A stretch of DNA of 64,000 nucleotides from contig CDPCPM010000010.1 in the NCBI GenBank assembly GCA_976551045.1, positions 13,020,001-13,084,000 on the forward strand, in the 5' to 3' direction. The first letter of the stretch is position 1. Every line of letters starts with the position of its first letter. Made by a program: the position numbers and the translations under genes. This DNA is from Glaucostegus cemiculus. Its lineage: Eukaryota. The notes beneath the pieces are model-generated. The model worked only from the letters and a program-made list of their open reading frames with translations. It was not told where the DNA came from and made no database searches. Shown one piece after another: positions 24,907 through 36,974 of this stretch.

Positions 24907-25150
24907 GGGCGGCACGATAGCGTAGCGGTTAGCGCAACGCTGTTACAGCACCAGCGATTGGGGTTCAAGTCCCGTCGCTGACTGTAAGGAGTTTGTACGT
25001 TCTCCTGTGTCTGCTTGGGTGTCCTCCGGGTGCTCCGGTTTCCTCCCACATTCTAAAGACGTACGGGTAGGTTAATTTGGGGGTTTAAAATGGACGGTGC
25101 GGACTCGTTGGGCCAAAAGGGCCTGTTACCACGCTGTAAATAAAAAAAAT
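24907..25150 (+). mobile_element. Young V-domain tRNA-derived SINE
   Basis: A-box tagcgtagcgg, B-box ggttcaagtcc, V-domain gtttgtacgttctcc...cctccgggtgctccggtttcctcccaca, tail gggccaaaagggcctgttaccacgctgta plus A-run. CpGs are largely intact. Confidence 0.9.
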
Positions 25151-28020
25151 ACTAACTATTGAAGTGTTTCAAATATATCTGATGATCCACATGGCAGTTA
25201 AAATAAGGCTTTTAGCACAGAATATGGTTAGCTGTACACTTGCATATTTCATTGTTGTATATTCAGCAATGAATAATATCTGAATGAATTCATATCTACC
25301 TTCTAGCAGAACTGGGATTGTTTCATCTATGGTCAAAGATCCAATAAAAATCAAATATTTAAGAAAAGGATATTGTTTGTTAAGAACTTGTTTACAAAGC
25401 AAAATGTATCTGCGGAATTTAGTTCTCTCAAATAATTATACAGTTAATGAGAAGGCGAGTTTGAATTCCAATTAAAAATGTGGCAAGAGAAGCAATATCT
25501 AAAAGCGTTAATGTGTTGGTTGAGAATTGAGTTGATTTTCGATGACACTTGAATATCTGGAGCTTGGGAACTGTTGACAAACAAGAGCACTTGCAAGGAA
25601 GCAATAATGCCATGATGTGCACAGGTGGCTTTGAAGTTTTAGCCCTTCAATAGCATTTTTCAGTATATTGTATTTTCTTGTCCGTGACTTGAACATTGTA
25701 TGCCTGTCTACTTTAACCCCTGACTCCAGTCAGCTTGTGAGATGTCGTTGCTTAGTTGCAGTATTACCTAAAAGTTGTTATTACTAAAGATGTAGATTTG
25801 TTGATACTGTATAGCAAAATTCTGTGACAGCTTTGTGGTGAATTATGATCTGTCAATTGTGAGGAATGTTGCGTTCCCATGGATGAAACTGAAACAATTT
25901 TAGGATTTTTGTTAGAAAGTCTAATGGCAAGATTAAGTGTCAAATATGATAGCCTAACCAAGCATAATTCTCTCAATGCAGCAAAATTAAAATCATAGAT
26001 TTTAAAAGACACTGTGTTAAATTTCAGGTAAAAATATTTACAACCCAGCTACATTGGTGCTAGCTGCAGCTAGATTTGTATGTCTGTCTATACAATTGTT
26101 GAAACTCATTCGGAGTGCCAAATGATTTGAAAGACAGAGTTATCACTAGGTTAACTGTTTACCAATCTGTCCCAGTATAGGTGCATCAATTGTATTCTGA
26201 GTAAATGTGAGCTGTTGAAAAATATGAACATGTTTAAATTATTTTGATAGGATTAGCAAAAGCACATATTTAGACAATTATTTTTATTTTAAATGCTGGA
26301 AATGGACAAAGTTGATCAACCTTTAAAACTGACATTTAGTTTGTTTTATATGCACCTTGTATTAGAATTTAATTTACATTCATTTCTATGTTCCATATAG
26401 TTTCAGCATTAATTATGTTAGTGTTATAAAGTGTTCCTTAATCAGTTTATAGCACATAATTTTTAATGAAATATTGACTACAGAAAACCTAGATCAAACT
26501 GTACTTGGAAAATGCAATAATTTGGCAAACATTGTTTTAAAATAAAAGTTATTCAAAATGCAACCAAATGAAGTAAGTTAATGAAATTTAAGAGATGAGG
26601 CTAGATAACCTGAATAGATATTCTCATCCTTGAGGTTTAACTGCAAGGCACCATGATTCATACATTGCTTTAAACTGGTTAAAGCTGGGTACAAAGAGTT
26701 AGCTCACAGTCAGCCAGGACATAATTGATGGCAGGTCAGGCTCTGGGGTTTTATAGAATACTGCAGTACTCATGTTCCCAAATGTAGAACCAGTATGTGC
26801 TGAAGAACTAAAACTCCAGACATGTTCTTGTAATCAGGATGGGAATTTAGATTATAAGGAGTCAATGGAGTTCCACTGATAGATTTTCAAAGAATCACTA
26901 AAATGCACAAACATTGGAAGAATGCACTTTTAGACACAAGACTGTAGAGAATTTACTAGCATTTTATTTGCAGTGTCAGAGATGGGAAGAGTTGCTGAAT
27001 GGTTCAGATGTGATTCTCTGTGTTATATCTTTTGAAAGGCATAATTTAAATGAGAATTTGAATCTTTGTTCTGGGATTCAATTCTCACTTTGTAAGAGTC
27101 GAATTCAAATTTAGGACACTTTAATTTGTATAACTAGAAATCTTTGCACCTGAAAGTCACAATAACATCACTATCTTGATAGAGTAAATTATAAACAGGT
27201 TTGGTTATTTGTCAAGGTTATGATTTTATTTACTTTTATTCTTATTAATCTTAAAGATTCTTAATTATTGAATATATATTGTAAAGCAAGTAGTGGAGGT
27301 TGCAAAGGAGTCTGAAGCACTTGCAACCAGAAATGCCAAGAGGATGATGCATTTTGGCTTCCCAAAGTCATCAGAAAAGCCAGTCTTCAGTAAATTTCAC
27401 TTCACATGATATTTTGAAAAGTCCTGAGTACACTGCAAAGCCTATGGTGCCATCAGCAACCAGGCTGTAATGTTGAATTTAAGTGCTCCAAAAGTAATCA
27501 TGCTTTCAGCTATTACAGTACAGGAACAGCACCTAACACATACCAAAGAGTGGAAAGTTACCCAGAAGTAACTTGCCCACCACAAACAGGACAAATCCAA
27601 CCTGGCCTCTCACCATATTCTTATTTCATCTGCTAACTAATAGAAGGATTCACTGAAAATGTTATAAAGGGGTACTTAAACTGAGCATAAGTGAGCAGAT
27701 TGTTATGTTCTCCCATGGCTGTTGGGCTTCTGACCTAATTACAGCCTAGATACAAGCATGCTGAATTTTGAATATGAAGTGGGAATGACAAAGGAGTATT
27801 TGGCTTGAATATAGCATCAAGGGGCCCTAGTAAAATTGAAGTCAATGGGAATTGGTCCAGAACATAATGAAATACTCTCCACTTGCTAGGATGAGTGCAG
27901 CTCCAACAATGGTCCAGAAGTTCCAGGAAAAAGTAACCCACTCGATTACTTCCCATTCACCACTATAAATGTTTTCAAGAGCAGTAGACATGTAGGAACA
28001 TCACCACAAGCTTTCCTCCT

Positions 28021-28112
28021 GAAGTGTCAAACTAGATTTTGTGCTCAAGGCTTGAGCACTGTCTTGAACCTGAACCTATTCAGAGGCAGAAGTCCCAACA
28101 GTGAGTCACAGT
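28021..28112 (-). mobile_element. DeuSINE 5' tRNA-like head fragment
   Basis: gaagtgtcaaactagattttgtgctcaag...cttgaacc...tcagaggcagaagt...actgagt-like segment, homologous to ~1000-1070. Confidence 0.55.
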
Positions 28113-28323
28113 CAGCATTTGTTATTCCTAGATATTCAACAGCACCTTCCAAACCAATGATGTCATCACCTAGAATGACAAGGTTTGGACAACAGGGACT
28201 TGGGAATGCCATGTTCTCCTGTTCTGTTCCAAATCACAGCTATCAGGACTTCAAAATATGTCCCAACTTTATTATTGCTGGATCATAAGTCTGGAATTAC
28301 CTACCTTGACAGCACAATGGACT

Positions 28324-28591
28324 CTGCCCAATGTTTTCTTTTTTTTCTATCAGTTTCCATCCATCACTGACCAGCCTCTGTCTCAGCCCCGTTCTTCATC
28401 TTCCCCATTTCACTTGGTTCCACATTTCATCTACCAACCCACCTCACCCCTCTTCACCTCTTAATACTGGCTATCTTTCCTCTATACTCTCAGTCCTGAT
28501 GCAGGGTCTCAACCTGAAACATCAACCATTCCTTTGCCTATGCACATGCTGTCTGACCCACTAAGTTTCTCCAGTACTTTGTTTTCCTCTC
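28324..28591 (+). mobile_element. Stand-alone Penelope 3' end/pseudo-LTR with 14-bp TSD
   Basis: Flanked by CAGCACAATGGACT at 28310-28323 and 28592-28605. Homologous to the terminal region of the 39424-41148 Penelope. Hammerhead-like core at 28496-28523. Confidence 0.8.
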
Positions 28592-29249
28592 CAGCACAAT
28601 GGACTTTCAGTGATGCAAGAAGTTAGGGTATGGCAACAAACACTGGCTTTCCAATGATGAATCAAAAAAAATGGACCCAAACTTGAAAATTGATGAAACT
28701 GTCGCATCCAACAGAAAGTGTTAAACTCATAAGGCTCCTTGCTTTAGGGGCAAGTAGGTATGGGCAGTAAATACCAGAATTTCGGTTAATGCTTGCAGCC
28801 TGTGAACAAATGATTTCTTATTTTTAAAAAACACAGCAGGCTAAAACATAATTACAGAATACTGCATTTTCAGCATGAAAATATATATATTGCTCAAGTG
28901 TTTTAATTTACTGGTCCTTCATTTATAAATGTGTGATGAATTTAGAGCAATTTTGGTGTTGTGCGTGACTTCAACTATCCATTTTGCTGCAAAGTGTGCA
29001 GAAGGAGTCAGTTTGAGAGCTGCACCATGTCATATATCTGAACTTCACCTTTCTGACCAAATGTATATTTTTATCTAATTTCCTAAATTATTCTAAATAA
29101 GCTATTCCTCTAAAGGAAGGATGCTAAAATGGTCTAGTTAATATTGGGCTTCATTATGATGCTTCATTTTGAAAAGATGTTACAATAGTTTTCTCATTGA
29201 TTTTGGTAGGTGCTGGGAGAGCCTGGCAAGAGTGATACAAAGGTGCTGA

Positions 29250-31100
29250 GGCAGAAAGTTTAGATTTATTTCATTTCTTTCCTGATACCTAGATCTATAA
29301 CGGACCCTAGGGTAAATCAGCTTCTTGTGAAGCAGGTGTGCCCCCACCCCAATTTGAAGCTCTCTCTTTAAGACTATTTTGGGGTATCTCTATATAAATA
29401 TTCTTACTACTTTGTTTCTATATTGCTGCAAATATTCAAGCATTTCTTCAAGATTCTCCAAAAATTTTATATGTACGAAAAGGAGCCCAGCAGTTTTATC
29501 TGAAGATCCTCAGAGATTTGTGAAAATGAAACTGGTTCACTATATTAAACAGCATATCCAAGGCACAGAGCATTCCTGCAATCCCTTCCCTGAAGAACAC
29601 CAACAGTACTTTTTTTTTCTCAGATTGAAATACATCAGAGGCTTGGGGTCAGTCCTCTATGGTCCTCAATGAAGAATCCAAGGAAAAAAAATAAATGACT
29701 TCTTTGATGTTATTTGGAATTGTAATGTTGTCCATACTGCCCGAGGAAAGCTTTACTAGCCCTTCCAAGCTAGTTCATCAGTCAACCATAGAGATATTAT
29801 AAAGTCAAATACAGAAAACCCCATGATATAAATAGCTTCATTAGATTCAGGATTGACTATTGAGTTAAATGAAAAGGGATACTAAAATATTGCTATTTAG
29901 GCATTTAATTGAAGAAACAAGATTTGCTTTTAGAAGTTTGAGCTGTATCTGCCAAAGTATAGTAGATTCCCCCATTTTTATTTGGAAGATTCCAAAGAGT
30001 TTCTTTGAGCCAGCAAAATCGTTGAGACCTAAAAGTAATTTGGCCAGAGCAGACTGGACAACCAAGACAACTGAATTAGGACACCATCCAAAGCTGGTAC
30101 CAATTGCCTTTCTGAAGCAAAGGTTGAAATCGAGGCTTGTAGTCTTTGGGTCAAAGCATGTCTCCATAATGATATTTGAGTCAAATCGTTTCATGATGGA
30201 CGATTTCAAAGAAGGGTGATATTCATCCAAGAACTTTCCAGAGTAAAGCCTTTGATGATGGGTCTGTTTCAGTGAAACAATTCCTCATAAGAGAATGGAT
30301 TCCAGAGGATGCAGAGAACTTCTAATGTTGCGTGTAGTCCGTGTATTTTGACTGAGCAGAGGTGACTAAGTCAAAGACCTACCTGGATTCATGAGTGTTA
30401 GTTGGGGCAACTGTAGATCAAAGGTCAGAGGTTCCTCTTGATGACACCTTTCTGACCAAGGTTGGAACAACAATGGAAGACTTGATAGCAGATGTTGCAG
30501 CATTATGCAGTACCAGGGCTGCCTCCAACGTCTGCTGAGGTTACTGCAATACCATGTATTACCAGAGTCTTCGCGGGTTTTGAGGCAAGAACTGATTTCA
30601 TTGGTTTGAAGCAATCGATGGTACAACCAATTACAGTTTCTTCTGGTGCTAGATGAATCTCTCTGACCTGGAGTGTTTGTGCTTCATTTTAGGTTTGGAC
30701 TGAAGACAGACTCCTGGTGAGTTCAGGTGCATCCTGCAAAAACTTCTTGTGTTCAGAAAAGTCCACAACAGAATGTGCAATATTTGAAGCCTGGTCTATG
30801 AATGTAGTGGAGTACTTTTAATTGAAAAAAAATCAACACAGAAACAAAGGATCCAAAACTTCACAAGTTGGAATAATCAGATTCCAAGGCAGAAAAGATT
30901 TAGAACTGATCGTACTGAGAAAGTAAAATCTTCCATCTGAAAAGGAAAAGAAAACTGAAAATTCTCTTGCAAGCTGGGTTTTATATAGCATTGAAAATGA
31001 AATATCATGTATAGTATAAAACTCTTGGACAAATTCAGTCCCATCTTTTTCCACTGTAAAATGACAATACAAACTATTTGCCTGATAAATTAAAAAATGC
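29250..31100 (-). mobile_element. Highly decayed L1/Tx1-like LINE ORF2 fragments
   Basis: Minus-strand frames give NIRSSLHP...GIVSLKQTH (AP-endonuclease-like), IIMETCFDP..LDFN, LENLEEMLEYLQQY (L1 linker-like), and DGTEFVQEFY...SFSDGR...CEVLDPL...VLHYIHRPGFK (RT N-terminus-like). Many stops and frameshifts. Confidence 0.5.
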
Positions 31101-31534
31101 ATAATTTTCCAGTGCCATTCATTTCATTTGCAAAATGTGCAATTTTGCAGCCCTTAAACTTGATTAAGATGTTGTTTACTGGAAATATTCCACATAACAT
31201 GGTTAAGGAACATAATCTATTGAACAACATAGTTTTAATAAACACAATTTTGAAAGATTTGGGCAAAACAAATAGTTTTTTTTAAAAAACATCCTCACGC
31301 TTTTCAAAGTGGAATAATGAAAAATGGCTTGGATATCTCATTGCTTTCTCTTGTACCAATTGTATCTCTATCATATTGACCAACAAACCTGCCTTTTAAT
31401 TTACATAAGACATGCACCTCCGTTAGCTAGGTTGGATTCATTTTTATTTTCCTCTGCTACCACTGAATGATTAACTTTACTCTTAGGTGGTGGTCCAACA
31501 AGCTAGCCATTTTTACAACTTTTAAAAGACATTT

Positions 31535-33545
31535 AAACATGACATTTGGGACTGCAATATGCAGGTAGACTGGGAAAATCATATTGGTAGTGGACCCAAG
31601 AAAAGGAATTTATGGAATGTCTACAAGATGGCTTCTTAGAGCAGCTTGTGGTAGAGCCCACTAGAGAACCGGCAATTCTTGGTTTGGTGTCGTGTAATGA
31701 GGCAGACATGATTAGGGAGCTTAAAGTGAATAAACCCATAAGAGCAGTGACCATAATATGAGATATGATTTACCCTGCAGTTTGAGGGAGAAGTTGTAAT
31801 CAGATATAACGGTACCATTGAGGCATGAGGGATGAGCTGGCCAGAGTTGGTTGGAAGGGGACCTTACCAGGAAAGTCAGTGGAGCAGCAATGGCAAGAGT
31901 TTCTGGGAGTAATTCAGGAGACACAGCAAAATTCCATTCCAAAGAAGAAGGAGGATTAGGCAACCATAGCTGACAAGGGAAGTCAGGGACAACATAAAAG
32001 CCAAAGAGAAGGCAGACAATATGGCAAAGATTAGTGGCAAACCAGAGGACTGGGAAGCCTTTAAAAGCCAACAGGACAACTAAAAGCAAAAAGAGGGAAA
32101 AGACAAAATATGAGGGTAAACTAGCCAATAATATAAAAGAAGATTGCAGAAGTTTTTTTTTTAGATACACAAGCGGTAAGAGAGAGTCAAGAGTGGACAT
32201 TGGACCACTGGAAAATGATGCTGGAGAAGGAGCAATGGAGAACAAAGAAATGGTGAAGGAACTGAATAGGTACTTTGCATCAGTCTTCACAGTGAAAGAC
32301 ATCAGTAATATGCCAGAAATTTGAGAGTCAGCAGCCAGAGGTGAGTGTAGTGGCCATTACTAAGGAGAAGGTGCTGGGGAAGCTGAAAGACCTGAAGGTG
32401 GATAAATCATCTGGGCCAGGTGGACCATACCCCAGAGTTCTGAAAGAAATAGCTGAAGAGATTGTGGAGGCATTAGTAGTGATCTGTCAAAAATCACTGG
32501 GGTCAGGGAGGGTCCCAGAGGACTGGAAAAAAATCACAGATATAACACCCCTGTTTAAGTAGGGAGGGAGGCAAAATACAGGAAATTATAGACCAATTGG
32601 CCTAACCTCTAATGGTTGTTGGGATTGTAGAGTCCATTATTAAGGATGAAATTTTGGAGTACTTGGAAATACATGATAAAATAGGGCAAAGTACGCACAG
32701 TTTTGTTACAGGGAGATTTTGCCTGACAAATCTTGTTAGAGTTCTTTGAGGAGGTTACAAGCAGTTTAGACACTTTGGTAGGAAGAATAAAGGTGTGGAC
32801 TCTTTTCTAAATGGGGCGAGAATTGAGAAATCAGAGCTGCAAAGTGACTTGGAAGTCCTAGTTCAGGATTCCCTCAAGGTTAACTTGCAGGTTGAGTCAG
32901 TAGTAAGGAAGGCAAATGTAATGTTAGCATTCATTTTGACAGGACTAGAATATAAAAGCAAGGATGTACTGCTGAGGCTTTAAGGCATTGGTCAGATATG
33001 ATTTGGAATATTGTGAGCAATTTTGGACCCTAAATCTAAAGAAAGATGTGCTGGCCCTGAAGAAGGTCTATAGGAGGTTCACAAGAATGATCCTGGGAAT
33101 GAAAAGAATGTATGAGGAGCATTTGATAGCTCTGGACCTGTACTCTATGAAGTTCAGAAGAATGGGGGGGGGGGGGGGGGTGGAAGAATCTCATTGAAAC
33201 CTACTGAATTCTGAAAGGCCTGGATAGGGTGGATGCAGAGAGGATGTTTTTATTAGTAGGAGAGTTTGGGATCAGAGGGTACAGCCTCAGAATAAGGGGA
33301 TATCCCATTGGAACTGAGATGAGGGGGAGTTTCTTCAGCCAGAGGGTGGTGAATCTGCGGAATTCATTGCCACAAGAGGGCGGGTTGGCCAAGTCATTGG
33401 GTGTATTTCAGGCAGAGATTGATAGGTTCTTGATTGTTAAGGGGGTGAAGGGTTACAAGGAGGAGGCAGGGGAATGAGGTTGAGGAAAAAAATGTCAGGC
33501 TTAATTGAATGGCCTAATCCTGCTCCTATATCTTATGGTCTTATT
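31535..33545 (+). mobile_element. CR1 LINE with endonuclease to 3' tail and internal deletions
   Basis: EFMECLQDGFLEQLVVEPTREPAIL, LKVDKSSGPGGPYPRVLKE, GRVPEDWK..ITPLFK, LEYCEQFW and FFSQRVVNLRNSLP motifs. Tail cctgctcctatatcttatggtcttat. Confidence 0.95.
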
Positions 33546-33549
33546 TATA

Positions 33550-33670
33550 CAGATACATAGATAGGAAAGGTTTAGAGGGATATGGACCAAACACAGGCAA
33601 ATAGGACTAGCTCAGACAGGCACCTTGGCTAGCATGTACGAGTTGGACCAAAGAGCTTTTTTCTGTGGAC
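33550..33670 (+). mobile_element. 3' tail of another CR1 family (HER1-like)
   Basis: ggtttagagggatatggaccaaacacaggcaaataggactag...gagttggacc; same family as 62430-62700. Confidence 0.7.
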
Positions 33671-34129
33671 TGATATTTCATTAAAGTCTAACCAAATTGG
33701 TACAACTTCTAGATTTAGAGTGTGACTGCTTAAGATAGTTGGCCAACTTTAGTTTGATGTTTTGCTAGACATAGTGTATGTTAGCATTGGCAGCAGAGTG
33801 TTTAAAAAACTTGTTACAAGCTTGTAGGGCTATCAAACATTTGGTATTTCTTTTCATTTACTCCTCCTATGGATGTTGGCTCCTTGCTGAAGTATGCTAC
33901 AATCACTACCAGCTATTCTCATTTTCTCTAAACTCACTCTCAAGATTTATGTGAAGGTTTTGATATTATTTACAATATTCTATTCAAATGCAGTGGACAT
34001 CATTGCTGAGCCCAACATTGCATACGTTGTAGTTTCAATTAAGGATAATGTTTGTGAAGAGCAGGAATAACAATTGATTCTCCCACAATGATATACCTCA
34101 GTACTGAATACATTTAGCAACTGAGCATT

Positions 34130-35900
34130 CACATCAATCATCCTTGGGGAGAGAACTCAAACCACTGAAGAAATCCCACTTCAGCTCAGTCAAAAATGGC
34201 TGATGCTTTATCCCAAGATGATGTTCCTGATTCTGTGGTCACTAGCCTAAAGAAACAGCCTCTCAGAATTTATTATGTCAGTTGTTCGCAGGATCTTTTT
34301 CAGCAGCTGCTCTTCTAAACTGGAGAAAGTATAGCTAAATTCACCTTGATCTCATCTCATTTACAAAGCACTTATCCAAGCAATCACTTGAAATTGTTAC
34401 ATTTTCTCTTAGGCTTTCTTGAGTACAAAGAGCAAATGTGCACACAGATATAGAGTGGCCAAAGCCCCATATATTTGCAGCAAAAATTCCTTATTTTTGT
34501 AATCCAGCCCCCTTCCTATAAACCTCATTACTATCATTTGGCTTTCTAATAGCTCGCTATATCTGCATGTTAGTGCTTCATAGAAAACTTCATTCTTGCA
34601 GAACACCAACATTTGATGGCTTTTCACCATTTAAAAAAAAAAGATGTACTTCTTACCATATGAACAACCTTAAATTTTGCAGTGTTACAGCCCCTCTACC
34701 ACTGGCTTTGCATCCTCCTCAAAACTTGCTTTCCCACTAATCTTGGTCATGTTCAAAAATTTGGATTCATTACTCTTGGTTCCTTCAAAGTTGCCACTAA
34801 CTTAGTGTGTAAATAGCTGGAGCCTGAGCAGTAATTGTTGTGTCATACTGCTTAACAATCAAACAAACTGAAGATGACAAATTTATTCTAAATCTGTCTG
34901 TTAACTATTCCTCTATCAACACCAGTATAATTTCCCAGTCTCATAAGCTCTTATTTTGAGTGTAACTTTTTTGTGGCCACTTTTTGAAAACACAATTTTG
35001 CTACCTCTACTAATTCCTGTTTATCTATCCTGTTAGTTAAATCACAAAGTAAAATTTTCCAATTTCCCTTTGAAACCATGTTGAGGCAAACAAATCGTAA
35101 ATTTGGATGTGCCCTATTATGACTCTTTAAAACAAAAAGGCACCTTCTTATTTCCTATGACAGTCATCAGGTTAACCAATCCCATTTTCTTTCTTCCTTC
35201 CCCTTCCTTGAATAGCAATGTTATACTTGTTACCTTTTAATCCACTATTTCTGCAACCACCTCATTTCAAACTCCAGGGGATGTATTAGATCTAATGAAT
35301 GCTCCAGTACTTTCTCTTAATACTCACTTCCATTAGACCATTGTTTCTTCTAGCATTTCTGGTACATTAATTGTGTTTTTTTTTAAGACATACTAAATGT
35401 TTGCTTAATGTTTCATCCACAACTCTACTCTGCTTTATCTTATCCCCCAAAGCACCCACATTCTCTTTTGATACTTTTCCTTTACCTATCCTTTCTTTCA
35501 GCTTGGTTTTATTATTTCATGCTGCTCTACCTTCATTGTATTTTCTTTTTTTATTAGGTTTTTCAGAATCCAACAAAGCATGACCTGTACCAGCTAATCC
35601 TCAGTTTTACTACTGCTGATGATGTTGTATTAGATTAAAAAGAGATTTACAATCTCCATAGATGGCTACAGATAAATTATTTTTTCATTAGAGATTTTAT
35701 TTCTCATCGTAAAGTATATTCATTGAGCACAATGAAATATTTCTTTAAAAGTTTGTCATTTCTTATCTATTGTCATACCTTTAAATCTACTTTCCTAACT
35801 TGTCTTAGCCAACTGTTTCTTTAGAGTTAGACAATTGGCTGTAAGTTTAAAGACTATTGTTATATTTTCAATGCAAGTACTACGCTCTCAAGACTAATTA
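34130..35900 (-). mobile_element. Decayed CR1 LINE
   Basis: MRFIGRGLDYKNKEFLLQIYGAL resembles LAFI.RG.EYK.KEVLLQLY.AL. Further degenerate RT blocks lie to the right. Confidence 0.6.
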
Positions 35901-36639
35901 ATTCCTGTCAAATAAGGTCATAGTTCTTTATTATAAGACTACTCTCTTCCATAGTACAAGATATAAAATTTCTTGATTAGTTCCACAATATATCCTTTCA
36001 GAAAATGGTCTGAAATTTTTTTTGTGTTGCCAAAGATCCCAAATTGAGATCAATACATTTTGGACAAATTTAGGACAAAGACAATGTGCTTCTGTTGCTC
36101 CCATTATCCATGGAATTCCCAGAACTTTGGTTATTTTATAGCTTCAAAAAGTGTTGGTTTCATGTAAGTGTACCAAAATTGCATGTATAAGGTGTGTATT
36201 TCATTCCGGGCTAAATGAGCACTCCCTCAGTATGTCTGTAAAGATCTGATGTGAAATAAATTTGAATGTTTATAACCCAATTCCTAGCTATGGACAGGGC
36301 AATTTGGATATGGAAAATATGGTAAAGTTCAACATGCAATTACTTAACTGAAACTGCTGAATCCTCAAAATGATTTTTTTTTATTATTTAGGGTAAATAA
36401 TTGCTCAATTTATTGAATACAAAATTCACAAAAAGCAGCATTTCAAGCATATACTAAATATTGGAGTATCCATAAAACTGAATGGCTGTGATTCTAATTT
36501 TAAAATGTTTGAAATATTAACAAGGCAGGTTAGATATTCCTCATTATTTTGAAGAAAGTTGCATGGAACTTTACTTTCCATTTCTTGAGTTCAGTGCCTA
36601 GTAATGTCCACTTTACATTTTTTTTTAATCAGCTCTGAT

Positions 36640-36970
36640 TAGCCAGCTCACTTACTACCTTTGTTGTGTCCTTTAAGTTTAGGACCCTGGACTGAACTAC
36701 TGCACTTTCCATTTTAAGAAGGATTATATCACTCTTCCCTAAAAGATCCTGCAAAACAGGATTAACTAACCCCTTCTCGTTGTGCTATACTCAGTCTGTT
36801 CTCTAGTTGGCTCCTCAATGTACCGGTTTTAAAAAAAGATCATCCTCTACACACATCAGAAATTTGTCCTTCATAGTATTATTATGAATTTAGTTTGACC
36901 TGTCTATATGTAGACTAAAGTCATCCATGATTACTTTGGAATATCCTTATTACATGCATCTCTACAGTTC
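36640..36970 (-). mobile_element. CR1 endonuclease-region fragment
   Basis: Reverse complement resembles 31540-31790 (DFSL.IDR.N.I......EGQI...V.D..F......EPTRE). Confidence 0.5.
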
Positions 36971-36974
36971 ATTT

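Larger units (their letters stand above)
27330..28830 (+). mobile_element. Fragmented CR1/L2-group LINE (second family) with nested inserts
   Basis: Blocks collinear with 21850-23625 (e.g. caggacaaatccaacctggcc = QDKSNLA). Tails at ~28620-28670 and ~28745-28815. Confidence 0.55.

Noticed and set aside
24907-24985. tRNA-like sequence with A and B boxes
   Set aside because: It is the head of a V-SINE, runs into the V-domain and LINE-like tail, and lacks a proper cloverleaf.
25196-25210. AGTTAAAATAAGGCT, identical to 15 nt of the S. pyogenes tracrRNA/sgRNA scaffold
   Set aside because: The match stops on both sides, there is no repeat-spacer array or cas gene, and it is an AT-rich 15-mer in vertebrate DNA. 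Best explained as chance.
29865-30230. 121-aa minus ORF with LCFRKAIGTSFGWCP, superficially like the hepadnaviral RT motif FRK.PMG.GLSP
   Set aside because: No YMDD/YxDD follows and no other viral motifs were seen. The surrounding frames fit an L1-type endonuclease better.
31721-32302. 193-aa hydrophobic minus-strand ORF
   Set aside because: Antisense shadow of the purine-rich CR1 ORF2.
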